From: a virus | Direction: 5' to 3' (one strand) | Length of the DNA: 64,000 nucleotides | Virus record (IMG/VR): IMGVR_UViG_3300025929_000012 | Coordinates: 32,001 to 96,000 of that record | Shown: piece by piece, positions 28,783 to 36,772 of the stretch | How positions within the stretch are numbered: position 1 is the first letter of the stretch | Layout of the letters: every line of letters begins with the position of its first letter | Notes under the pieces: model-generated | Databases searched by the model: none | The model's input: the letters and a program-made list of their open reading frames with translations, nothing else | What the model was told of the DNA's origin: nothing | Program-made: the position numbers and the translations under genes

Positions 28783-30087
28783 TCAGGTCAGGGTGGGGAC
28801 GGGCTGGCTAAGGACCGGCTCTGGCGGCAGGAACGGCTTCCATGTGCCCTTGCCGAGCATGAACGCCGTGCCGCACATCGAGTGCTTGCCGCCAACCCCG
28901 TGGTTGCACGCGGCGCACGCTGGCAAGATGTTCGCCCACGCGTCCGTCCCGCCCTTGCACAGCGGGAAGTAGTGCTCAACTTCCTCGGATGGGGCACCGC
29001 AGTAGAAGCACGGGTCCCCGGTCATCTCGATGCACCGGGCCAGCGACAGCAGCCGCTCCAGGTCGGTCAGGCCCTCTTCGGCGCGCATCCGCCGGCGCAT
29101 CCTCGCCGCTGAGCGCAGGCCGGGGTTCTCACGCGCCCAGCGGCGCGCGTTCTCCCGGTGCTCCTCCACGTAGACCGCGCGGTACAGCCGGGCGTATTCG
29201 AGGCGCGCCGCCTGCGTGTCCCGGTAGTACTCGCGGTTGTACTCCTTGCGTGACGGCGACAGGTACCTGTGCTCGCGGCAGAAGCCGATCGCGTTGTCGG
29301 CGTTGATCGTCTTCCCGCATCCGCCCTTGGCGCACTTGCGGGCGTCCGGTGCCCAGTACTCGCCCCGGTGCTCGATGCAGCGGCCGAGGGTATTGGTCGT
29401 CGTCATGCGGTTATCGCAGCCGCCGACCGTGCACTCCGGCAGTTCCAGCGGGATATAGCGGTGCTCCGCAGTGCAGCGGCCGGTCATGTTGTCTGAGCGC
29501 AGCCGGTTGTAGCAGCCCTCCTGCGAGCACTCGGCGCGCTCATCGGGGCGCAGCCTTGTCAGCTCCCGCTGCCTTGCGTTCTCCCGGTCCTTGTACACCC
29601 GCATCAAGGGAGACTCCGCGAAGTGCTCCGGGCAGTAGCCGCACGTGTTGTCCACCCGGAGTTGCCGGTCGCAGCCCCGGGCGCTGGCGCAGAACCGGGC
29701 CGGAGCGCGGGCGGTCGCGTACTTGTGCTCCTCGCAGTACCCGCTCTGGTTGTCGCGCCGGACGGCCTTCCCGCAGTGGGCGCATGCGCCCATGCCCTCG
29801 CCGATGTAGCGGTGCTCCTGGCAGCGGCCGATGCTGTTGTTCCTGCGGAGGGGAGCGCCGCACTCGGTGCAGCCGGGGCGCGCTAGCCGTGCTGCCGCAC
29901 GGTCGGCCTTGCGCTTGGCCAGCTTCCGCAGGTGGGCTTCATGGGCCACGATCGCGGCGCGCACTTCCTGGCAGTCCGGGCAGCGGACCTGCTTAGTGGA
30001 TGCGCGGGCGAATGAGACCTGGCAATCTGCGCACGTGCCCGGCTTGAAGACTCGCGGAGACCTGCGCGCGGGGGTTATATCATGCAT
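28783..30087 (-). CDS. HNH endonuclease with six tandem CxxC...CxxH repeats
   Basis: C-terminal CFYCG...EHYFPLCKGG...NILPACAACN; repeats listed in findings. Confidence 0.9.
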   Translation of the reverse strand: MHDITPARRSPRVFKPGTCADCQVSFARASTKQVRCPDCQEVRAAIVAHEAHLRKLAKRKADRAAARLARPGCTECGAPLRRNNSIGRCQEHRYIGEGMGACAHCGKAVRRDNQSGYCEEHKYATARAPARFCASARGCDRQLRVDNTCGYCPEHFAESPLMRVYKDRENARQRELTRLRPDERAECSQEGCYNRLRSDNMTGRCTAEHRYIPLELPECTVGGCDNRMTTTNTLGRCIEHRGEYWAPDARKCAKGGCGKTINADNAIGFCREHRYLSPSRKEYNREYYRDTQAARLEYARLYRAVYVEEHRENARRWARENPGLRSAARMRRRMRAEEGLTDLERLLSLARCIEMTGDPCFYCGAPSEEVEHYFPLCKGGTDAWANILPACAACNHGVGGKHSMCGTAFMLGKGTWKPFLPPEPVLSQPVPTLT

Positions 30088-30213
30088 GCGTGTTGCACCG
30101 CCGTAATCGGTGTGGCCACGTCCCGGTGCCTGTTAGCGCAGGTGCCGGGACCTTTACGTACACGAGTCTATCAGACTTTCTAAGCCCGATAACCGGCCCA
30201 TGCACGTGTTCGA

Positions 30214-31128
30214 TTATACCCCGCTGAGCAGCACAATTGCGCTTGGCTGATCTAGACCTACGGCTGACGCCCTTTGCACGTCGCTCCTCGAAGCCTTGCG
30301 GCTCTCATCCCGATAGAGCGGAGAAGCCTGGTACGGCAATTCGTCGGCAATGAAGCCGCACCTATTGCGCTGCATGATAATGGCATTCCCGGCCGGTATT
30401 TGCCTCGATACCATAACATCGAGGTTAAATATCCGATTGGGAAGCACCCCCGTATACTGTAGCGATTCCGATGCGATATCGCCAATATAGGGCGCGGCGA
30501 ATGAGGATGACTGAAGAAGGGTATTCTTCGTTCCGTGATTGATTATCATGGTGTCTGCCTCGAATCCGAGGAAAGACGAAAGGCCGGTGATCGGGCTTGC
30601 TATTGAGGCGTTTTCGATCAAATACACGCCATTGGCGATGTCCGCGCGGATGGTGGCGTTGCTTGACGCCCACGCGTTGGACACCGCCAGGGTCTGGATG
30701 CCCGCGTTAGCTACTACAGCGCTGTAGAAGGCCGCGTTCCACGAGTACACCATCGTGTTCTTGACCTGCGTCAACTGCCGCGTGACCGGGTCGACGGACT
30801 GCCGGCGCCGCATCTCGTCGGAGACCATGATGGCCATCGCCCGCTCATGCGAGAACACGACCCGGGGAATGCCGACGGACGTCGGGACGACAGGGACCTC
30901 GGCGAACTCAGCGCGGATTTCCGGCACGTCATCCGCATATAGCGGAGTGCTCTCGGAATAGCGGACGGCACCGGACTCGGCGAGGCCACCGGAGCGCAAG
31001 ACGGCGTCTACGATGAACTCGTTCTTCGTCATGTCGAGGATCAGCGCGGGGATCGTCAGGGGGTCCTTGAGGAGGGCATCAACGGTAATCCGCGGGCCGT
31101 CCATGCTGGTGTACGCGGGCGTGGGCAT
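30214..31128 (-). CDS. Major capsid protein
   Basis: 304 aa after scaffold and cement genes; ITVDALLKDP...AEFAEVP...SDEMRRR; GAAGGA RBS. Confidence 0.9.
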   Translation of the reverse strand: MPTPAYTSMDGPRITVDALLKDPLTIPALILDMTKNEFIVDAVLRSGGLAESGAVRYSESTPLYADDVPEIRAEFAEVPVVPTSVGIPRVVFSHERAMAIMVSDEMRRRQSVDPVTRQLTQVKNTMVYSWNAAFYSAVVANAGIQTLAVSNAWASSNATIRADIANGVYLIENASIASPITGLSSFLGFEADTMIINHGTKNTLLQSSSFAAPYIGDIASESLQYTGVLPNRIFNLDVMVSRQIPAGNAIIMQRNRCGFIADELPYQASPLYRDESRKASRSDVQRASAVGLDQPSAIVLLSGV

Positions 31129-31238
31129 GTCTGTGTCCTTCCGGGGTCGCTCAGTGCACCCGGCGCGGCAGGGCTGCCCAGGGCATGTCGTTCACGGGTG
31201 ATGGCCCCGGGGGAGTCAGCAGGGCGGGAAGGGGGCGG

Positions 31239-31697
31239 TTAACCGAAGATGCGGGCGCGGCCGACGGCGTTGGTGGCGACGACGACGCCGCCGGGCTGGG
31301 TGCAGCGCCCGACGATGGTCGCGGGGAGGGTGTCGGTGCCGGACACCCACGGGGTCACCTGGCCGTTCGCGGCGGCCTTCAGGAGGGTGCCGAACGCGCA
31401 GTTCGCGGCGAAGACGACGTGCATGTCCTCCCCGTGGTGGACGGAGACGTAGTCGCTGACCACGCTCACGTCCAGCAGCGGTGCCCCGCCGGCGAGGGTG
31501 TCGGTCGCGCCGGCCTGGGTGGGGATCGGGGCGGCGTCGTTCCCGGCGACGCCGAGCACGAGGATCGAGCCTGCGCCCGCGGTGGAGACCGTCGTGGCTG
31601 CAGCGCCGTCAGCGGCGACGAGGGTTCCGCCTGCGACGGCCGCGCTGACCTGGTAGGAATCGGGGCCGGACTTAAAATGCGGTAGCGAGCCGGGCAC
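31239..31697 (-). CDS. Capsid decoration/cement protein
   Basis: VLGVAGNDA...GTLLKAAANGQV...IVGRC. Confidence 0.8.
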   Translation of the reverse strand: MPGSLPHFKSGPDSYQVSAAVAGGTLVAADGAAATTVSTAGAGSILVLGVAGNDAAPIPTQAGATDTLAGGAPLLDVSVVSDYVSVHHGEDMHVVFAANCAFGTLLKAAANGQVTPWVSGTDTLPATIVGRCTQPGGVVVATNAVGRARIFG

Positions 31698-31727
31698 TGT
31701 GAGTCACCATCCTGTTCGTGGGGCATG

Positions 31728-31750
31728 AAAAAACCCGCACGCGGCGGGTG
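31728..31750 (-). terminator. Intrinsic terminator-like hairpin
   Basis: ACCCGC-CGCGT-GCGGGT followed by a T tract. Confidence 0.7.
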
Positions 31751-31774
31751 AGTGAACTGCGGGGGCGAGGCGGG

Positions 31775-33058
31775 CTAGATGCCAGTGCGGCGGCGGAACT
31801 CCGAGACGAGCGCGGCACGGTCCTGCGCGGCCTTCTCCTCCGCCTGGCGCTCCGCGTCCGCGCTGAAGTCCAGGGGGGTGCCGAGCTCGCCGGACAGGTC
31901 CAGCATCCTGACTGTCTGCCCGACCTCCTTCAGTACCTTCCGCACGATCGCCCCGGCGTCGATGGAGGAGCCGTTGGACAGTTCCACGACGTGGCCCTCA
32001 CCTTCGAGGACGGGCCGGGCGAGGTCGGTGATCCTGGGGGGGATGCCGTACTCGCGGGAGTACCAGTCGCGTTCCTTCTCGAACGCGGCACGGTTGAGCG
32101 CCTGGGTGACGCGGGCCAGTTCCAGGGACGTTTCCTCGGCGCGGCTGTTGGCGAGGTCAATCTGCGCCTGCGCCTCAGCGGACAGGGAAGCCCCGGCGGT
32201 GACAGGCTCCCGGTCGCCTTCCTTGTCGCCCCCGGCCCCGCCGTCACCGCTTGTGCCGTCGCCTTCCCCCTCGCCGTCTTCGGGGAGGGAGTCGATGAGC
32301 TCCTGCAGCTGCTCATCAGTCAGCTGGTCATCAGCGCCTTCCCCTGCGGCGGTTTCCCCCCCGGCGGCGAGGACGGCGTTGAACTGGTCGTCGGGGAGGT
32401 CCAGCAGCCGGGCTAGCCGGGCCTCCTGCGCGTCTGTGAGTGCCATGCGGTGTTCCTCCTGCGTGGGAGTGCCGGGTTCGGCTGGCGGCTGTGATGCGGG
32501 CGGGGGCGGCGGCTCAGGGGCCTGCCCTGGCGGGGCGTACTGCTCGGCGGTCAGGTCGAGTACCTCGCCGTCGCCGTCGTTGGCGGCCTCGATCGCCTGC
32601 CACGGGCGCATGCCGGTGATGCGGGGGTCGAGGGTGCCGAGGACGTGCTGGATCGCGGCGGGGAAGAACGCGCCGTCAGCGCGGTGGTAGTCCTCCACGA
32701 TGCGGGCTGAGACGCCGAGCGCCGGGTTCTTCCGCAGCACCTCATCGCCGTCCTCGGTGGCGGCGAGGATCAGGTCGAGGCCGTCGTCGGTGGCCTCGAA
32801 GCCGCGGACCTCGCCGCGGAACCGCTCCGGGTCGTTGGTGTGGGAGTTGTCGCCGGGAGCGAGCTGGAACGGCACCTGGTCGAATGCCCGCGCATTGAAG
32901 GCTTTGGCAAGGCCGGCGAGGTACTCGGGCGTGAACGCGATCTTGCGGCCCTTGTACGAGATCTCGCCGACGGGGAGAATCTGCTTCCGCCACAGGCGGG
33001 ACGCGCCGGACGGGCGGGCCTTCCCCCGGTCTACCGGGGTGAGCATGGTCGTGGTCAC
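31775..33058 (-). CDS. Prohead protease/scaffold (Mu I-like)
   Basis: WRKQILPVG...H..DPE..RG...GVSARI...HVLGTLDPRITGM; acidic coiled-coil C-terminus; GGAGG RBS before GTG 33058. Confidence 0.85.
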   Translation of the reverse strand: MTTTMLTPVDRGKARPSGASRLWRKQILPVGEISYKGRKIAFTPEYLAGLAKAFNARAFDQVPFQLAPGDNSHTNDPERFRGEVRGFEATDDGLDLILAATEDGDEVLRKNPALGVSARIVEDYHRADGAFFPAAIQHVLGTLDPRITGMRPWQAIEAANDGDGEVLDLTAEQYAPPGQAPEPPPPPASQPPAEPGTPTQEEHRMALTDAQEARLARLLDLPDDQFNAVLAAGGETAAGEGADDQLTDEQLQELIDSLPEDGEGEGDGTSGDGGAGGDKEGDREPVTAGASLSAEAQAQIDLANSRAEETSLELARVTQALNRAAFEKERDWYSREYGIPPRITDLARPVLEGEGHVVELSNGSSIDAGAIVRKVLKEVGQTVRMLDLSGELGTPLDFSADAERQAEEKAAQDRAALVSEFRRRTGI

Positions 33059-33159
33059 TGGCCGCCTCCGCTTCTTTTCCGGGTTGCCGTGCTGAGCGGC
33101 CGGGACCGCGCGCAGCCAACCCCCCAGCAACTGCGCGCGGACCGGGCGGCTCAGCCTGC

Positions 33160-33188
33160 TTGCCATCCGTGTCTTTACCGGGTAAAGT
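33160..33188 (+). promoter_or_regulatory. Promoter with operator 2 (CTTTACCGGGTAAAG, 33173-33187)
   Basis: TTGCCA-17bp-TAAAGT; ATG 8 nt downstream. Confidence 0.85.
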
Positions 33189-33196
33189 CTGGCGTC

Positions 33197-33472
33197 ATGA
33201 CTGACATGACCGCCGAGGCCCGTGACGAGTTCGACCCGGTCGGCCTCACCGAGATAGCCACGATGACCGACCCGCCGATGACGCGCCAGCACGCGCTTTG
33301 GGTGATGGGCCAGGAAGGGGCACCGGAGCCGAGGCTGCTGGCGCGGATGAAGGTGTGGCGGCGGTCGGAGGTCGAGCCGTACCTGAAGGAGCATGCCGCC
33401 CGGGTTGCCGCCGGGTGGCGTCCCGTTCCCCGCGACCCCGCGTCGGGGCGGTTCAAGGGGAAGGAGTCGTAA
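33197..33472 (+). CDS. AlpA-like HTH DNA-binding protein (candidate repressor of the operator)
   Basis: VGLTEIA...TRQ...PEP...KVWRRSEVE. Confidence 0.75.
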   Translation: MTDMTAEARDEFDPVGLTEIATMTDPPMTRQHALWVMGQEGAPEPRLLARMKVWRRSEVEPYLKEHAARVAAGWRPVPRDPASGRFKGKES

Positions 33473-33482
33473 GGCCGTCCGC

Positions 33483-33516
33483 TTGCCGTCCTTCACTTTA
33501 CCTGGTAAAGTGAAGG
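33483..33516 (+). promoter_or_regulatory. Promoter with extended operator 3 (27-bp palindrome, 33490-33516)
   Basis: TTGCCG-17bp-TAAAGT; CCTTCACTTTACC-T-GGTAAAGTGAAGG. Confidence 0.85.
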
Positions 33517-33558
33517 TGTAGCGAGGGGAGATGCCCCGCGCGGAGGGGGCAGGAAATC

Positions 33559-33852
33559 ATGAGTTACCGCGATGAGGACCCGTGGGCGGAGGTCGAGGCA
33601 GAAGAGGCCGAGCGGTTCGATGCTGACCTGCTCCAGGCTGAGATGGACGCGCAGGGCGACGCCATCGCTCGCGCCTGGAAGGCCGGCCGTTGCACCCACG
33701 GCTCTACGGCCGGGTACATGCGCCAGTCGCCCCGCCCGGAGCAGGCAGGGCTGAAGCCGGGGCAGTCGCGGTGCACCGCCGGGTGCGAGGCCGTGTTCGG
33801 CTCTGACCAGGACTGGTATGACGCGATGGACGCGGCACTGGAGGGCGTGTGA
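33559..33852 (+). CDS. Hypothetical acidic protein
   Basis: First gene after operator 3. Confidence 0.75.
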   Translation: MSYRDEDPWAEVEAEEAERFDADLLQAEMDAQGDAIARAWKAGRCTHGSTAGYMRQSPRPEQAGLKPGQSRCTAGCEAVFGSDQDWYDAMDAALEGV

Positions 33853-34880
33853 TGATCACCATCAGCCACAGCTACGCGGACGGGACCCTCATCGGAGGGT
33901 CCCGGAAAGGCGACGGCGTCTGGCAGATCCTGGTCGCGCTCCGCAGCGCCGGCCAGGGGAACTGGCGGTCATCCCGCGACGTGGGCCTGTACCTCGGCCA
34001 GTCACGCGACAAGGACGCCCAGACCTGGAAGATAGACAAGGCCGCTGAGGCGCTGCGGGCAGCCGGGTTCGAGGTCACCGTCGAGGTTGACGAGGGCGAG
34101 GCACGCCCGTTCGCCGAGCAGGAAGCCGACCGGAACGCGCGGGCGGAGGAACGCGCTGAGCGGTACGCCGGCTACGCGGACAGTGCCGCCGCGCGGTCCA
34201 CTGCCGCCTATGAGGGCGTCCGGCGGATCTCAGACGGCATCCCGTTCGGGCAGCCGATCCTGGTTGGCCATCACTCCGAGCGCCGCGCCCGCCGTGACAT
34301 CGCCCGGATGGACAGCGGGATGCGCAGGAGCATCGACGAGGGCAAGAAGGCCGATTACCACGCCGGCCGGGCAGCCGCCGCCGAAAGCTACCAGCAGCAC
34401 CGTGAGGATGTCCCAAGGACCCTGCGGCGCATCGGGAAGCTTGAGGCTGAGGAGCGGGGCGTGCAGCGCCGCCTCGCCGGCACTGGGCTGGCCATGCACG
34501 GTGAGGACAAGCCCGCCACCGGACGCTACCGGGAGCAGTTGGAGCGCCGCGCCGAGAACTTGGCCCGGGAGCTTGCCTACTGGCGGGAGCACGTCGCCGC
34601 CCGCGAGGACGAGGGCGTCAAGGTGTGGTCCCGCGCGGACTTCGCCAAGGGTGATTACGTCCGCTACTCAGGCCGCTGGTATCAGGTGGAGCGGGTCAAC
34701 CCGAAGTCACTGTCGGTGCCGCACGGCAACAATGACCACCTGCTGGCCGTGGTGACCCGGGACAAGGTGACGCATGCGCTGGGGCCGTCACAGTGGACTA
34801 GCAAGGTCACCTATGACGAGGTGCGGGGGCGGAAGACGGCCGCCGAGATGGCCGCCGCGCTCGGTGCGGCGGCGGAGTAA
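33849..34880 (+). CDS. DUF3560-containing protein
   Basis: IPFGQPILVGHHSERRARRD signature. Confidence 0.9.
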   Translation: MMITISHSYADGTLIGGSRKGDGVWQILVALRSAGQGNWRSSRDVGLYLGQSRDKDAQTWKIDKAAEALRAAGFEVTVEVDEGEARPFAEQEADRNARAEERAERYAGYADSAAARSTAAYEGVRRISDGIPFGQPILVGHHSERRARRDIARMDSGMRRSIDEGKKADYHAGRAAAAESYQQHREDVPRTLRRIGKLEAEERGVQRRLAGTGLAMHGEDKPATGRYREQLERRAENLARELAYWREHVAAREDEGVKVWSRADFAKGDYVRYSGRWYQVERVNPKSLSVPHGNNDHLLAVVTRDKVTHALGPSQWTSKVTYDEVRGRKTAAEMAAALGAAAE

Positions 34881-34887
34881 GGGACAA

Positions 34888-34922
34888 GCCCGTCATTCCC
34901 CTTGCCGGGGGGTGGCGGGCTT
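34888..34922 (+). terminator. Hairpin terminator
   Basis: GCCCGTCATTCCCC...GGGGGGTGGCGGGC stem with G-U pairs. Confidence 0.6.
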
Positions 34923-34924
34923 AC

Positions 34925-34953
34925 TTGCCTTCCATGTCTTTACCAGGTAAAGT
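34925..34953 (+). promoter_or_regulatory. Promoter with operator 4 (CTTTACCAGGTAAAG, 34938-34952)
   Basis: TTGCCT-17bp-TAAAGT; nearly identical to 3572-3600. Confidence 0.85.
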
Positions 34954-34995
34954 AAAGGCGTGAGGGGGAAACGCCCCCGGGGGAAGGGAACCGAG

Positions 34996-35181
34996 ATGAC
35001 AGTCACCACCTGCACCGGATGCGATGAGGAATGCGGATCTGAGGACTCCTACAGCGACTGCTGCAACGAGCCCGTCACCGCCAGCGCCCCGTACGGCCTG
35101 TACGGCGACCCGGACGGCTACGACCGCAACGGCGCCTGGGACGGCTTCCAGGTCACCAGCGACGCGGAAGGAGGGCTGTGA
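34996..35181 (+). CDS. Small acidic Cys-rich protein
   Basis: CTGC...C...SDCC; GAAGGGA RBS. Confidence 0.7.
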   Translation: MTVTTCTGCDEECGSEDSYSDCCNEPVTASAPYGLYGDPDGYDRNGAWDGFQVTSDAEGGL

Positions 35182-35396
35182 TGACCTACCCGGTTATCTA
35201 CGCTCCAGGCGGAGACGTCATCGGGAAAGCCAGCACCGAACGCGGGGCCATCCAGTGCGCGGGCGGCATCGTCAAGGCCAGCTTCGAGCGGTGGACAGCA
35301 TCCTTGCGCGAGACCCTGGACCGTGGCGACATGGCAGACTTCACGCTGGCGTGGTTCGTTGGCCCGCAACTCAGGACCCGGACAGTGGGCCTGTGA
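35178..35396 (+). CDS. Hypothetical protein
   Basis: AGGAGG RBS; coupled. Confidence 0.65.
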   Translation: MMTYPVIYAPGGDVIGKASTERGAIQCAGGIVKASFERWTASLRETLDRGDMADFTLAWFVGPQLRTRTVGL

Positions 35397-35734
35397 TGGG
35401 CGGCACGTACATGGCCGAGCGGGCAGCGGGCGCGACCGCCGAGGAGGCGCTTGAGGCTCTCCGCGCGGCTTTCCGGGAGCGTGGCTACACCGACGTGGAC
35501 GACCCCAGCGGTGATTGGCCTGAGGATGGCCCGCAGTCGTGGCCTGACCCGTTCGCGAAGGGCTGCGTGCAGGTGTGGGGCAAGCCGGTCAAGGACCACG
35601 CAGCCGAGTGGATGCGCGGATGGGTAGCGCAGCACCCGCCGGCCGGGGTGGACCCTGACGACAAGTGGGGGCCGTGGATGACGTTCCCGCTGGAGTCCGG
35701 GGGATGGATGTTCTTCGGGTGGGTGAACACGTGA
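35396..35734 (+). CDS. Hypothetical protein (DDKWGP...GWMFFGW)
   Basis: TGATG overlap. Confidence 0.7.
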   Translation: MGGTYMAERAAGATAEEALEALRAAFRERGYTDVDDPSGDWPEDGPQSWPDPFAKGCVQVWGKPVKDHAAEWMRGWVAQHPPAGVDPDDKWGPWMTFPLESGGWMFFGWVNT

Positions 35735-35964
35735 AGCTCCAGCGGCAGCCGCTCGCGTTCGGGATGACCCGCTGGGGGCCGCTGCCCGGCACCACGGACC
35801 TGTTCCTGTCCTGGGGTCCCGGTGACGGGATCTACCTGCACAAGGGCGAAGACGGCCCGCAGAAGCGGATACGGCATGAGTCGGCGTCCGGCATCTACGA
35901 CACGGCCAAGGCGGCGCAGCGAGCAGTCGACGCGTTCATCGCGGCAGGGGATGAGGCACCGTGA
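35731..35964 (+). CDS. Hypothetical protein
   Basis: GTGA overlap. Confidence 0.65.
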   Translation: MKLQRQPLAFGMTRWGPLPGTTDLFLSWGPGDGIYLHKGEDGPQKRIRHESASGIYDTAKAAQRAVDAFIAAGDEAP

Positions 35965-36530
35965 CCACCACGGCCGACAGCGCGAGCGCCACCTACGCGC
36001 TCGCCAGGAAGGTCGCCGCCGGACTCGGCGGCGGCGCTGCGGCCCGTCCCGGTGAGTACGGGGCTGAGATCACCGACGGCGCGACCCGGCTGCACCTGAC
36101 GATCTCCTGGCATGACCCGAGTCGCCTGGAAGTGTCCGGGGTTTACCCGTCCACGAGGCAGGAGCGCCTCAGGCGGACCAGCATCAGCGTCCGCATCGAC
36201 CGGGGGCCGGCAGTCATCGCCCGCGAGATCCGCTCCCGGCTGCTGCCCGGCTACCACGCCGAGCTCGCCCGGGTTACCGAGCTCAACGCCGGGGAGGCGC
36301 ACGACGCCGGGATGCGGGAGGCGCTGGCCGGGAAGATAACCGGCATGTTCCCCGGCGCGTTCACCCGCGTCACCGGCTACACGGGCCACGGCACTGAGGT
36401 GGTCATCCCCGGCGGCGACGGGCCGGGTGGCACCGTGAGCCTGTCCGGCAGCGGGGCCTCGGTGGCGATGACGTTCCGCTGCGTACCCCCGGAGACGGCG
36501 GTCCGCATGCTGGCGGTCCTCGCCGGGTGA
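35961..36530 (+). CDS. Hypothetical protein (IAREIRSRLLPGY)
   Basis: GTGA overlap; 189 aa. Confidence 0.75.
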   Translation: MTTTADSASATYALARKVAAGLGGGAAARPGEYGAEITDGATRLHLTISWHDPSRLEVSGVYPSTRQERLRRTSISVRIDRGPAVIAREIRSRLLPGYHAELARVTELNAGEAHDAGMREALAGKITGMFPGAFTRVTGYTGHGTEVVIPGGDGPGGTVSLSGSGASVAMTFRCVPPETAVRMLAVLAG

Positions 36531-36550
36531 CCTGAGCGCCCCGGTGAGCG

Positions 36551-36584
36551 GGCCGTCCCCCTTGACCGGGGTGGCGGCCTTTTT
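36551..36584 (+). terminator. Intrinsic terminator
   Basis: GGCCGTCCCCC...GGGGTGGCGGCC followed by TTTTT. Confidence 0.75.
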
Positions 36585-36772
36585 CAGTCCTTCATGAGGG
36601 CGTGGTCGAACGGGACGTCGGCTACCTGCCCGGCGGGGATCGCGGCGACCTCCGCCTCGATCTGCGCGAACAGGGCCCGGTTACGGGTCGTCTGCGGGGC
36701 CCCGGATTCCTCGAACGGCTTCCCCGACGCGGCGGCCATCAGCATCAGGTGGGCTGCCTCGCCGCGCTCCAT
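36584..36772 (-). CDS. Small protein coupled to the zeta toxin gene (candidate antitoxin/immunity)
   Basis: AAGGAG RBS; TGATG overlap; 62 aa. Confidence 0.65.
   Translation of the reverse strand: MERGEAAHLMLMAAASGKPFEESGAPQTTRNRALFAQIEAEVAAIPAGQVADVPFDHALMKD

Noticed and set aside
33059-33496. N-terminal extension of ORF 31775-33496
   Set aside because: Overlaps the AlpA-like gene and operators; RBS supports a start at 33058
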